Of a stretch of 64,000 nt of DNA, positions 13,524 to 26,311 are shown one piece after another (position 1 is the first letter of the stretch; each line of letters begins with the position of its first letter). A program made the position numbers and the translations under genes. The DNA comes from Chiloscyllium plagiosum (lineage: Eukaryota). The notes below the pieces were generated by a model. It had not been told where the DNA came from, did not search any database, and saw only the letters and a list, made by a program, of their open reading frames with translations. Location of the stretch: assembly GCF_004010195.1 (NCBI RefSeq), contig NC_057719.1:75718064-75782063 (forward strand), given 5' to 3'.

Positions 13524-13703
13524 TCCATCGAACTCAGCACCGCCTTCCTAACCTGCAATCTTCTTCCCGACCTCTCCGCCCCCACTCCCGTCTGACCTAT
13601 CACCCTCACCTTGACCTCTTTCCACCTATCACATTTCCGACGCCCCTCCCCCAAGTCCCTCCTCCCTACCTTTTATCTTAGCCTGCTGGACAAACTTTCC
13701 TCA

Positions 13704-13737
13704 TTCCTGAAGAAGGGCTTATGCCCGAAACGTCGAC
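13704..13737 (+). ncRNA. Minimal hammerhead ribozyme motif in PLE 3' repeat
   Basis: ttc-CTGAAGA-A-GGGC-TTAT-GCCC-GAAA-CGTC-gac. Confidence 0.65.
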
Positions 13738-13869
13738 TCTCCTGTTCCCTGGATGCTGCCTGACCTGCTGCGCTTTTCCAGCAACATATCTCCGGCATGG
13801 AAATTCTTAATGCCTATTTGGAAGATTTTTGAAGATTTAATCTCAATGAGCACATTAGACCAAATTAAT

Positions 13870-14100
13870 TTCTCTCACCACTGCAGTGGCCACCGCACCT
13901 TCAGCTGCCTAAGATCAAAATCCTGAAACTCTCTCATTTAATCTCCCCACCTCTCTCTCTCTTTCTTTTCCTTTAAGGCTCTTCTTCAAGACCACCTTTT
14001 GATCAATGCTTGTAGGCAATCACTTATCCTTCTGAGGTTCGCTGTCAACCTCTGTCTTTCTATGCTCTGTGAGGCACTTTGGGAGATGTTGAAGGTACAG
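13870..14100 (+). mobile_element. Old L2-like LINE 3' end
   Basis: ccttcagctgcc...ctttaaggctcttcttcaagaccaccttttgatc...gcactttgggagatgttgaagg; similar piece at 41040-41180. Confidence 0.45.
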
Positions 14101-14487
14101 TAGTGCTGAATTATGGGCAACGATGACAGTGGAAAGGAAACACATTTTTTAGTCAAGTATTGGGCAGCTCGAAAGAGTAGACCATTTGAGCCTTTTTTTC
14201 CCATTTTCTTGTTATTTATGACACCTGAGTTTTACACTGTGTTTCTGAATTTTCCTGGGAATTAGAAAAACAGCATGATTGCTATTATTACCCTTGTAAA
14301 AATCAAAGTTTGTGACAAGTTTTATAAACTAAAAATTAAGATTTGACTTTTACACACACAATATTTTTGAGAGATTTGCAGGTTTGATTGGAGCATCCTG
14401 AAAATGTTTTGGCTATTGAGATGTGTCAGCTGATAGGCAACTGCCCTGGTTTGACACAGAGGAATGTGCCCAATCAAAATTATGGGA

Positions 14488-15172
14488 CCAGGGAGTATTA
14501 TAGAACAAAGAGATCCAAGGCTACAGGTTCATAGCTCCTTGCAAGTGGTGTCACAGGTAGACAGGGTGGTGAAGAAGGTTTTTGGCATGCTTACTTTCAT
14601 TGGTCAGAGCATTGAGTGTAGGAGTTGGGACATCTTGTTGCAGCTGCAAGGCCAGATTTGGAGTACTGCGAGCAGTTCTGGTCGCCCTGTTATATAAAGG
14701 ATATAGTTAAACTAGAAAGAGTGCAGAAATGTTTTACTAGGATGCTACCTGGACTGGAAGATTTGAGTTATGAGAAGAGGCTGGAACTTTTTTCCCTGGA
14801 GCCTAGGAGAAGTCAATAAAATCATGAGAGGCTTGGATGAGATAGATGGCCAACAGCTTACCCCCTTAGTGGGGATGTCTAAAACTAGAGGGCATAGGTT
14901 TAAGGTGAGAGGGGAGAGTTACAAAAGGATCCAGAGGGGCGATTGTTTCACACTAGAGGGTGTCAGTTGTCTGGAACGGGATACCAGAGGTAGTGGTGGA
15001 AATGAGTACAATTCTGTCTTTAAAGAAGCATTTGGACAGATACATGGATGGGATAGGTATAGAGGGACATGGACTAAATGCAGGCAAATGGGACTAGATT
15101 AATTGTGAAAATGGTGTGGCATAGTCCAGTTGGAGCGAAGGGGCTGTTTTCATTCTGTTAATCCCTATGACT
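14488..15172 (+). mobile_element. CR1 LINE 3' fragment
   Basis: EQRDPRLQVHSSL, LEYCEQFWSP, LERVQKCFTRMLPGL, TRGHRFKVRG; ctatgact tail. Confidence 0.9.
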
Positions 15173-16410
15173 CTCTGTCTATAGAAGACTTTTGTTGCAT
15201 GTAGAATATCCGCTCGAATATACTTCACTGATAACCTGTGAACAGCCTATTCTACACGTAGTGGCATTTTGTATCTTTCACTTTATTGGTGCAAATTTAA
15301 AGACTCAAGTGAGTGGCAGTTTCATATTGTGAACTTAAATCCCATAGGATCTGAGTTAAGATTGACACAAACTTATTTAAAGACTTGTGAATCTTTAGAT
15401 ATTGAATTCCCTCTGCATATCATTCGAAGTGAACTTGTTAATATATTTGCGTAAATTCCAGTCTGTGCCATTTTCATTGCAGTTAGAATTCATGTAAGTG
15501 TACTAACACGAGTATTAAAAGAAAGGTACAGGGAGGATAAAATCCATTAAAGTAATTATCAAGATGAGACTTTTCATACCGTCAGTCTACCTCTTTGAAA
15601 TATCACATGTAAAACGAGAGTGCTGTAACCTGCAGCATCACTTAGTTCCCTTGTGGCCTAATTTTATACTGAAGCTTACTCAGAAATATGCTTTAGTTCA
15701 GCAGGGGAATATAGAAATGAGATAAAGTGGTGCTTTAATGGATACTCCTGTCCTTATTCTTGCTTATTACTGAGGAAGTCATCTCCTGAGGAATGGTGTT
15801 TTACTTTGTCCAACTTTATTAAGAGAGTCTAAGTATGAACATTTACTCTAGGCCAATACCACATCTTTTTTTATTGTTCTGCTCATGTTCCTGACAGAGC
15901 TTTAGAAACAGTTTGTCGCGTTGTTAATTATGGAAGATTTTTTAACCTACACCACAAGCTAAAGGAAAATCACCTTCTGGGGTATGTGCTGAGAGTACGT
16001 TCAGATGAAATTATGACAAACACTTTCACCTCTGGTCCAATGAATTACTCACTGAAGCACAGCAAAGATCCGTAAGCTTTTAGTATGGATAGCGTGTGGA
16101 GACCAGGCACAAATTTGCCTCAGCTGAAAAGGGGATTGAACATTGTGTTTTTGGTGTTTATCTGATCCATCAAACCAATAGGGCCAACCATCACCCATGA
16201 CACAGGTTATGCTGCGTTAATCATTTAGGTCTCTTTATCCCTTTCATAACAGCAACATAACTTATAAATATAATGTACTTAATAAAATAAATGCTTCTCA
16301 GGAGCATGATAAATAGCGATGTGAGGCTGAATTCCATCGGAAATGTTGGCTCAGGCCTGGGATGCAGTGCAGTCGAGATGCACACGTCACTTGGGAAGTT
16401 GTAAATATAG

Positions 16411-16802
16411 AAGATTTCTACAACTGCTCAGCATTAGCCTAAATTCAGAAGTGTCACTTCAATTGCATCTGAAATACTGAATATATTTCACAAGCTTTTA
16501 GCCAATGATTGAATTGCCACTGTAAAATTGTTCATAACTTTTTTTTGTGGCTGTGGAAATCCCTTAGAGTGCAGCAAAGTCAGACAAAAGCTATCTTTCA
16601 GCATACATACAGTGGAGTCTGGATCATCCTGTACCAAATAAAGCTGAGTATCAAATGACACCAAGTGCCTTTCCTTTCCACATTCCAGCCATTTATGGGG
16701 CTTGTCAGGTTGAAGTTGAAAACACGGAACTGTAATTGTAGGCCTCGTCAGCCCCAAGTCCAGTGAGAATTTAGGCTAATGCTGTGCAGTTGTAGAAATC
16801 TT
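16411..16802. mobile_element. MITE / non-autonomous DNA transposon with 36-bp terminal inverted repeats
   Basis: aagatttctacaactgctcagcattagcctaaattc (16411-16446) versus gaatttaggctaatgctgtgcagttgtagaaatctt (16767-16802), one mismatch. Confidence 0.65.
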
Positions 16803-16834
16803 TCATACTTATTATCTTTGAACACACTTATATG

Positions 16835-16918
16835 CACACAGCCACACACACACACAGCCACACACACACACACAGACACATACACACACACAGACAAACA
16901 CACAGACACACACACACG
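16835..16918. repeat. Imperfect (CA)n microsatellite
   Basis: Direct reading. Confidence 0.9.
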
Positions 16919-17346
16919 TGCGGCAAAGATGTAATAATAAAATAGTTATGAAGAATTATAAAAATGTTAGTCAGACTTCCCCTTTTCAGCTGTAATATCT
17001 GCCAGACATCGTCAGGCATTGTCCATGCCTTTGATCACAATTTCCATTGTATTGGAGAAACAGAGTTGTGAAAGGGACTGAAAGATCTTTCTGCCAAGCT
17101 CATCCTGCGTTGATAATCTCTTTCAAACAAATGAGCTGTTTTCTGCGTACGCTCCAGAATTTTTATTTCATATATATTTTATAAAGTCATTGTTGCTTCT
17201 GTTTCCAGGAGGCAGGCCTAATTTGAAGTATTAAGGTTTCTTGCAATTATTTGGAAAGACTAGAAGCAATATAGATTTGAGATTTAAGCTTTCCATGGTT
17301 GAGATCATAGTCCCTGTTTATGTACAAATTTGTCGCTGTTTTTTTT

Positions 17347-17591
17347 TTAGATTACATTACAGTGTGGAAACAGGCCCTTCGGCCCAACAAGTCCACAACT
17401 TGCACATCTTTGTGACTGTGGGAGGAAACCGGAGCACCCGGAGGAAACCCACGCAGACACGGGGAGAATGTGCAAACTCCACACAGTCAGTCGCCTGAGG
17501 CGGGAATTGAACCCGGGTCTCTGGCGCTGCGAGGCAGCAGTGCTAACCACTGTGCCACCGTGCCGCCCACATGTGCCACCGTGCCGCCCAC
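17347..17591 (-). mobile_element. HE1-type SINE, young, with internal deletion and duplicated 5' end
   Basis: Near-identical to the reverse complement of 5446-5751 but missing about 85 bp; tgtgccaccgtgccgcccac occurs twice. Confidence 0.9.
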
Positions 17592-18109
17592 GGTGAAACG
17601 CTTCACAGGAGGCTCCCAAGCACTGAGGATGTCACCTAGACAGGGGACGAAATGTCTGCAACACAAATTCCCAGCTCAGCGAACAGAACCACAACACAGA
17701 TCTTTTATGCTGCCCTTTATCCACATTACATGTATTTATCATTTTCCAACAGTGCAGGGATGATAAAGCCTTCTAATCAATGGCTTTGTGTTGTGTTTCA
17801 TTGTAATAAATGACATATTTCTGTATACCTGTGTGAGTGCACAAACTCCGTAAATAATCAGATTAATCTTGGTGCAAGGAGAAGCTTCAGCAGATACTTC
17901 AGATCCTGGAATCCTCCCTCATTTTCTTTCCTTATGCCCAAAGCCCACTCTCTCGACATCCAGTCTCTGAGTGGATAGCTCATGAACTAATAAGGATCAT
18001 GTGTTCTTGGCAAGCAAAGACCCACTTCAGTTACCTGATCGCACTGCTTTAACTCAGCAATGATAACTACTGACGGTTATCAGGTGATGTTTGGCACACA
18101 TCACACCAA

Positions 18110-18387
18110 ATCTGCTGCCTTACTGTGCTAAGGATTCGGGTTCGATTCCACCTTCGGGCGACTGTCTGTGTGCAGTGTACGTGTTCTCCTCGTGTCTGCC
18201 TGGGTTTCCTCGGGTGCTCAGGTTTCCTCCCATCATCCAAAGATTAGGTGGATTGGCCGTACTTAATTGCCCATAGTGTCCAGGGATGGTCAATTAGTCA
18301 TGGTAAATGCAGGCTTATAGGGATGGGGTGGGATACTCTTCAGAGGGTCAGTGTGGGCTGAATGGCCTGCTTTCACAGGGATTCTAT
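18110..18387 (+). mobile_element. HE1-type SINE (diverged)
   Basis: gggttcgattcc B box and central domain. Confidence 0.75.
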
Positions 18388-20629
18388 TAAGTTTATGTTT
18401 TCTCCCTTTGTTCTCTCAACCAATCTTCCTTTTCCTCTCTTTGTCTCTCTTTCTGTACCTGATTTGACATTGAATTCACCAACTGTAAACTTTTAAACTC
18501 CACGTCTCTCTCAAGCCTTGCATTGGTTATTTCTCAAACCTTTGCTCTGTAGATTAAGGAGATAAAAGTTTCTTGCCTTGTTACTCAGGACCCTGACGCC
18601 CTGTTTCACTTGAATTGCTATTATGAGCAATGTCCCGCATAAATGTATAGAAATGCAAACATGCAAAGTATCTTTAATAATGGCAGATGCTGCTGAATAT
18701 CCTATAAAAGCAAATCAAGGCCTGAAGAAACATCCTACTCTGTCTCTGTGAATTGACTCATTTAAGTTGTTGTGGCTGCTTTGCCCCAGTTGGCTTATGT
18801 GAACAGCTTTCTCCTCCAGTTGTATTTCTTATCAGCTCTTAAACCACATTGAGTATGTGATAGGAATAATTCACCTCTTGGTTTGTTCCAGGACACTGTG
18901 GCTATTACTCAGGCATCAGGGTATGGGACAGAGAATCCATTACTTTCAGAACTCTCCCTGATGGAAGTCTGGGATGCAGAAGGTTACGGTGAGCCTCCCC
19001 ATCCCTCGGCTAATCAAGCTCCTTCAGTGGGCCATGAAGGAATTCCACGCTCTCTGGAGTTCTCCCGGGGATATGGGGTTTGGGATGGGCTGAAAGAGTG
19101 AGTTCAACCCATCATGGATGAGATTCGAGATTCTTTGTTTACAAGTTTATTCATGCAGGCATGGGAAGGGTATCCAAAGATGCTGCATATCCAGAGATGG
19201 CGTATAGCTCAAATGGTATCACCAGTATAAAGGCGTTGTACCAGTTTTACAAATACAAGCCTCCAGTTGACTATTCCCGCAAATAATGATTTCCATCAAA
19301 ACCTTACACTTCATTCACCCCAATCTCAACTTTGTTGTTTCTATCATTCACATTGCAAGTTAGTACACATGACTAGATTATTCCATCATATCTCCATTTG
19401 TCTCCAAGTTGCAGTATGTTCTTTGTGATTACCAGCAAACATATACTGCCAATTTTACCATTCCGTCCCTTCTGTTGCCTACATTGTCTATATTGCCTTC
19501 CAGTGGATGCTGTGGCATGTAGCTGGGCTGCCAGTTATGATCTTGGCAACTGTTGTGAGTTTGTGAAGCCCTCCACACTGATCACTGGATTCCACCCCCT
19601 CCCTACTGCTACCTTTCCCTCACCAGGGTCTTTCCTCACTCTCCCCAGTGACCTACCTCCCTCCCCTTTTCGGGTTTTCTACAGGCCTTCGATGCTGCTC
19701 CTGGCCTCCTGCAGTCGCAGCTTTGGTGGCTGCACCTGGTAGCACTGCTGGGACTGCTGATTGTCTCCTGGGCCGAGGCTGTCTCCAGCCGTGGTATGGG
19801 GAACCAATGTGACCATTAAATTTGTTTCGTCCCTGATTTCTGTAATGAATGGGAGGATGGGCCTCCCATTTGACTGCCAATGTGACCTGGATTCATTGAG
19901 TTATTGCAAATAGAGTGAAATGTGCTTGGCCACATGGGTGATTTTCCTGGTAGTGGAGTTGTAATAAAGCTATTCACACTTGGTGTTTTCACTGCGTCTT
20001 GCACCTACACGTACACAAGGTGCGTGCTAGAGTAAAAAAGATTAGAATCCCCTCGGAAAAAAGAAAGAAAATAAATCGAGTGAAAAGTGGTGGTTAAGTG
20101 TCGTCACTCTCCAGCGCCATCTTAAATCACAGAAAATAAACCAAAATACAGAAAATAAAACATTGAGGTTTCTCTTATAATCTTACCTCAATAAAGTTAG
20201 GTGGTCTTCAGAATAGCTCCCGCTTCTAGCTCAGCTCCTCCAACCCAATCCTCGGGTCCGTGTTGCTAAGCCAATGACACTGCTGCACTTTGCTGGAACA
20301 AAGAGGTGCCACTGTCCGGCGCCATCTTGGCTCTATCAACGCCATCGTTGCCATAAGTTTACATTGGGCTGACCTCACTGATGTAGCCACTGGCAGTGCC
20401 ACAGGGTCCAAACCAGCTGCTGTCAGGCACTCGGGCCTAGCCACAGACCTGGAGCCTCAGCTCGGCCTGTGAGTTTTACCAGGGGATTAACCCTTGGGAC
20501 CTGCTCCTCATCTGCCAGGAGACTGCGGGCTTTGAAGGGGTCAGGGGGGATGGGGGAAACCACTTCCTGGTATCGCTGCTGCAGCCTTCAAATATTTTCT
20601 CGACCTACCCGGTCCCCGGGCCCGCACTG

Positions 20630-20940
20630 CCATCCCCATTCCTGGAATCTGGGCATCCCTGGCCAAAAGCCAGTATTCATTACCTGTCCCTAATTGCTCT
20701 GTTAAGAGTGAGCCATATTGCTGGGGACCTGGAGTCACATGTAGGCCTGACCAGGCAACGACAGCTGTTTTCATTCCCTAAGGGAACAAGATGGATTTTT
20801 TCTGACAATTGATGGATGGTTTTGTAGTCCTTATTAGGCTCTTAATTCAAGATTTTTATTGAATTCAAATTCCACCATCTGCCGTGGCAGGATTCAAACC
20901 TGAGTCCCCAGAGTATCCATTGCCTGGGTCTCTGGATTAA
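20630..20940 (-). mobile_element. Second tRNA-derived SINE family copy
   Basis: Reverse complement homologous to 7864-8205 (ttgaattcaaattccaccatctgccgtggcaggattcaaacc). Confidence 0.75.
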
Positions 20941-21894
20941 TGGTTGTTGGTGAAGGAGTTCAAAGAGGTATCTTAGTCCTGTGTTCAGCAGCACAAATCA
21001 ATCGTTGTTTGAAGCCCCTTAGCACGCAGCTTGAAACAGGTCACTGGAGATGGACTTCAAGTCACTCTCCTCCTCCCAATGAAGTACCAGGTATTTATAT
21101 ATCCTGTGTTACAATGGTTACATGCAATATTGACATTAGCATTTGCCACCTTCCCTCTGACTATTATGCCCCTCCCTGATTCAGCTACATCATACTGGGT
21201 GGGTGCTGTTTGGTAATTTGTGAAGCTGCAATTGTTTATTTTCCCAAGGTCATGATGACAAACTAATGTTCTGCAATTGCCCCTTTGCAATGCTATCTAT
21301 CTTCCAGTGTCCTCTCATGAGGTTATCTGTTTATACCCTTCATTATACATCATTTGGTATTTATATCTTTCATCCTTCAGTTCTCCTTGCTGACAGTACG
21401 GGGCTTCTCTCTACAATCTACAGGCATTTGTCGAAAGGAATTCAACTAAATTCCTTAATGCTTGTTTGTTTGTTAGTTGCACCTATAATTTCAGTTTACC
21501 CACATGTTTTCAATTTGTAATTGCACTTACTTAAAAAAGACTTTGATTATGGTGGGATCAGTCTTTCCCTTCTACACTTAACTAAATAACAAGTTTTCTC
21601 TTTCCCACTAAGATTTCTATGGAGCATTTCATTATCTTATCTGCTTGCGATGAGCATGAAGGCCATGATTCTGACTGAAAACTGCTTCCTCAGCTAACAA
21701 TTCCCTTCACCCATGGGCAACCCCAACAATTGTCTAATATCACTGGGCCATCACCTCCCCTTGACTTCTGGAGGATTGCAAGTTTATTTTGCTTCGAACA
21801 AACTGTATTCCTGCTGGGACATGGCTGTGCATCAGTTGGAAATGTGCCATACCGGGACTGAGCATGAGTAACACGGAAGCAATATATGGCAAGC

Positions 21895-22020
21895 TCTGGA
21901 AATCGGAATTAAAAGCAGAAAATGCTGGAAATACTCAGTAGGTCAGGCACCATTTGTGAAGAGAAAGAAAGTTTGCATTTCAGGTCAATGCTCTTCCATC
22001 AGAACCAAGGAAAGATTGAA
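21895..22020 (-). mobile_element. Old PLE 3' terminal fragment
   Basis: aaatgctggaaatactcagtaggtcaggc...tttcaggtcaatgctcttccatcagaac (decayed hammerhead on the minus strand). Confidence 0.55.
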
Positions 22021-22274
22021 ATGGAATGTCTAACATTTCTCATTCCCCATTTCCTGTGATTACAATTCTGACAGTAAGGAGTGGACTGAAAATCAAGCCC
22101 CACTACTCCACCAATGTAATTGTCTTACTTTATCACTAAAAAGAGTCGATTTGTTTCTCTTATTAACTAGAACAAAAGAGACTTTCACTCATGAAAACTA
22201 CACACTTTTCTTCAAACAAGTGGTGGACTGGTTATCAACAAAACTGCCATGTAAATTAAACAATATCGTCCTTC

Positions 22275-22612
22275 ATAGGATCCCTCCAGTGTGGAAGCAG
22301 GCCATTCAGCCAATTGAGTCCACACTGACCCTCAAAGAACATCCTATCCAGACCCACCCCACACCCTGTCCCCCTACATTGCCCATGGCTAATCCACAAA
22401 ATTTACACATCCCTGGACACTACAGACAATTTCCCATTACCAATCCGCCTGACCTGCACATCTTTGGAATGTGGGAGGAAACCAGAGCACCCAGAGGAAA
22501 CCCATGCAGACACGGGGAGAACGTACAAACTCCGCACAGATGGTTGTCCAAGGATGGAATTGAACCCAGGTCCCTGGTGCTGTGAGACAACAGTGCTAAT
22601 CTGAGTCACCCT
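22275..22612 (-). mobile_element. HE1-type SINE
   Basis: Reverse complement contains the central domain and B box. Confidence 0.85.
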
Positions 22613-22929
22613 TAATCTCAAATACGCACATTCATACACAGACACATCTCTGCAGAGCTAGTATGTGTGGAAAAAAAAGACAAAAAAGGGAAAACAAAGC
22701 AACAACATCCTTGTAGATCAAGGGACAAAACTGGGTTGAATTTTCATGGTTCTTTTGAATTCTATTTGAAGAGATCTGATTACTAACAGTTACAGAACAA
22801 TGGAAAGTCAGATTTTGGATTCAGCTGCAAAACAATTAGGAGTCCTAATATCTGAAACTTTAACAGGTCTATCCAAATTATTTTGCTCAAAGAAATCCCA
22901 GAAAGTGCTGTTTTCAGCACCAAGTCCTG

Positions 22930-23130
22930 ACTTTTACTGACTGAGAGAGAGAGAGAAAGTACTGCATCCTTGCAAATGTCTCCAGCAACGGCCCACCATG
23001 TTTCAATATGCACTGGGAAAAAATACCCAGCATCTCATTTCCAAAGACTTGCACGGCGACAGCTGACCCATTAGGGTTTTCCAGATCTGCTTGTTTAACA
23101 ATTAAAGCATTCAAACTACATCCTTCTTTC
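22930..23130 (-). mobile_element. Possible decayed PIF/Harbinger transposase N-terminal fragment
   Basis: Frameshifted AVAVQV...FF...AVAGDICK...SQS resembles the HARBI1-type LPVAVKV...NFFASGSFQ...GDICGISQ. Confidence 0.3.
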
Positions 23131-25079
23131 TCTCTGAAATCCTTGCTGGATACTTCTTTCCAAAGTCACTTGTTTATTTTTGTAAATGGTAAATGGATTG
23201 TGGTCTCCTTTCAACATTTTGACTTTACAGTTCCAAGAAATTGCATGATAAATCCTTTGCAATCCAGTAGTGTCCAAGCATCTCTATGCAGTTCTCATGA
23301 TCCATAAATGTATGTGTTTCCAACATGGTAAGAAGTGTTCTTCTATTCTTCAACATCCTTGGTCTTCAGTCGCATCTGATCTGATGATGCAGACTTCCAA
23401 TCTGTCTTCCTTGTATCTCAATGGAGGATTCTCCCCGGTGTGGTTGACATGGTCCTCCAATATCTTCAATCCATTTCACACACCTCCTTCCCAAAGGTTC
23501 CCCTTGTCCTCACTTCCCACCCTGCCAGCCTCCTTTTTTTTTAGATTCTGAGGGTTCAGTAATGCAGTTAGTGTGAAGGCAGTCAACCATTTGTAAGAAA
23601 TTTTCAGATTATGTACAAAGTTAGTTAGGAAATAGCAGTTTAGATTTGATACATTAATTAATTAGACTTAGAAGCATGCGACCTGTAAGAAATTGGAAAT
23701 GTGGAGGCTGCTGTAGGGCCCTCTGAGTCTTCTTCCTCCCCCTCCTGACCCACTTCCATGTGAAGGAAGCACTGTCTGGTCTTTGCACCTGAAAAGGACA
23801 GCCCCTGACTCTGAACACTTGTTAATCATATTCTATTCCTAGGGGCTACTACTTTACATTGCATCATATTTTTTAATCATTCTTACCAATGGTCACAGGA
23901 CAACTACTCAGAATAACAATTATCCCCATGAGCATCTTCATTTGAAAGTTAGTTTTCAGTCTTTTCAGGAACAAGAATTTAATTTGCCTGAGCACAGCAT
24001 TGATAATAAAGAACATAGAGTACACAATGGTGTCATATAATCCCCTACCTTCAGCCCATGGAGATAGTAGCAATGGTGGTCCTTATTGTCATCTGAAAGT
24101 GCACTGGAAATCCCCAAAATGCATATCTCTTAGTTCCAGGTTGACAGAAAGCATGGACCAGTACATAATTTTGGTTTATTACAGGTACATAGACTCGAAC
24201 AACTGGCAAAGAATTGTGAAATGTTTGCACATAATTCTACTAGTTAAGATGCTTGTAACCTTATAAATTCTCCCTTTATATACTTGAACACTCACTGACA
24301 GGAAGAAAAAACACATTAGTGTTATGGACAAAGAGAAACAATCTATTCACAGGATCTGCTGAGATGGTTCTTGTGCCAATCAGAATGTTGCTTTTCAGTC
24401 TTCCTTCTCCAGATACTTTCACTGGCTTGCAGGAGGCACAAGATGGCTGCTTCCGACTTATAAAAGCTCTCTGACTTATTCATTGAAAGCCACAGCTTAC
24501 AGTGACTGCTGAAGGAAAGATAAATGTTTTCTTCAAGCTTAAAGTAGCTTTTACTGCAGACAGCAGAGAGAGCGCCTGAGCTGGTGGAGGCTTATTGGCT
24601 TCTCATTTCCTTTTTCACAGGCTCAAATTGTTCAGCTACCTGAAAGCCAATCACGTGGTTATTGGCAGGCAGAAGGCCTTTGGCATTGATAACTGCTCAC
24701 CAGACTACAGACCAATCAGCTATTTGTTGCTGGCTGAATCTCTATTTGTACACACCCTTAGCTCCAGTTCATCTGCAAACTAGACTTCAACTATGGTCTG
24801 CGTAAACGGTGCTTACAATGAGTGTCAGTCTATTTGCTTTTAAAAATTGCAGTAATCCTTCAACAATCCTTGGTTTTAAAAACAGTTCTTTTCTTATTTC
24901 AGTCAACAATTAGAAATTTTAAAAAATGCACAAGCCTCATGCACTTTCCTTTTGCCCTTGTTTGTTAGAAGGTTTTTAATGTACTTGGTGGAAGGAGATA
25001 GCACTTTAGCAGCAGCTTGATAAGGTCTCACACTGCACAGAAAATACCAGAAAAATTCTGTTTTAAAGAGGCTGTGATT

Positions 25080-26310
25080 TCCAACAGTATTTGCCAGATC
25101 ACCCTCTACTACCTCAGCCTTCCATGCAAGTACAGGAGATGTGACACTTGCCCTATTGTCTCTTCCTTCTCACACCAGACCCCTTCCATAATTCCTTCCA
25201 ATTTATAAAATCATGAGGGGTATCGAAAGCATTAATGGTAGTTAGCTTTTCCTTAGGATGGAGCATTTCAAGACTAGGGGACATAATTTTTGGATGAGAA
25301 GAAGAGATTTTAAAAAGACTTCGGGGCAAGTTTTTTTACACAGAGGGTGGAACAGACTTCCTGAGGAAGAGGTGGATGTGGACATAATTACCATGTTTAA
25401 AAGACACTTAAGATCATCAAGATCATAAATCCCGGCAGCAGAATGAGGCTATTCAGCCCATCGAGTCTGCTCGACTTGATCATGGCTTCTCACTGTAACC
25501 CTTGAGCTCCTTACTAATCTAAGAACTTCTCTGTATCTTCAATACACACAATGACTTGGCCGCCACAGCCCTCTGTGGCAACAGGTTTCAGTCCCTACCC
25601 TCTAGCTGAAGGAGTTCCTCATCTTACTTGCGTGAGTACATGGAGAGGAAAAGTTTGGAGGAGCAGGCAGGTGGGACTAGTATAGTTTGGGATTATGTTC
25701 AGCATGGACTGTTTGGACCAAAGGGTCTGTTTCCATGCTGTATGACTCCATGACTCTGTGAAACAGTAATTTACTTGTACTTCTTCCTTTCAAGTATAAC
25801 ATATTCACTTCTCACAATGTGGTCACCTTGACCCAGGGAGAGACACATGCTGGCTAGCTCACTGTTTTGCAGGACACGTCCTTTCTGTTCATGAGCACTA
25901 GCCTGATCTTCTTGCCAGTTGATATTTCAATTTCCTCGTGCTTTCACACTGTGACCTTTCCACTCATGCAGGTCCTGCTGCAGAGTTCCCATGAAGCTCA
26001 GTACAAGTTTAACGAATAGCTCGTTAGTTGACTTCACATTCTACAACCTTCTGGAATCACTGTCAAGTTCAAAAATTTAAGATCATGCCCTCTGCCTCCA
26101 TCTAGTTTCCTTTCATTGCTTCAGTTTATTTCATCTTTATGTTTTTATTCCTTCATTTTAGATTCACAAAGTTGCCATCCAGCCATTCTTCGAAACACTT
26201 CTCTTCTCTGTTTACTTCACATTCAGCCATGCTTTTTAACATGTTACCTTTTGTGATTTAATCTTCCATATCTTCCACGCTATCACAGACCTAACCTATT
26301 CCTCCTCAAA
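25080..26310 (+). mobile_element. Decayed PLE GIY-YIG region split by CR1 insertions
   Basis: PCKYRRCDTCP before the CR1; after it (25758 onward) a decayed VKQxFTCTS...SQCG.L..GE...FA.H pattern. Confidence 0.6.
25202..25757 (+). mobile_element. CR1 3' fragment containing a nested minus-strand CR1 3' fragment (about 25411-25630)
   Basis: tttataaaatcatgagggg...aaaagacactt, then insert aagatcatcaagatcataa..., resuming gagtacatgg...tatgactccatgactc. Confidence 0.8.
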
Positions 26311-26311
26311 A

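Larger units (their letters stand above)
12488..13786 (+). mobile_element. 5'-truncated Penelope-like element (RT to 3' terminal repeat), spanning the assembly gap
   Basis: 12496-12711 translates SLYTSIPHHEGLKALRFFL...LTELVLTLNNFSF...QTKGIAMGTHMSPSYACLF (PLE RT); TSD tatctcc(t)ggcatggaaattctta at 12464-12487 and 13787-13809. Confidence 0.9.

Noticed and set aside
12485..13681. Three long ORFs (298-389 aa) in the ORF track
   Set aside because: Artefacts of translating the N gap; only the PLE RT piece on plus is meaningful
18856..19400. Possible solo LTR on the minus strand
   Set aside because: Only a tg start and an aataaa-like signal; no TSD or second copy
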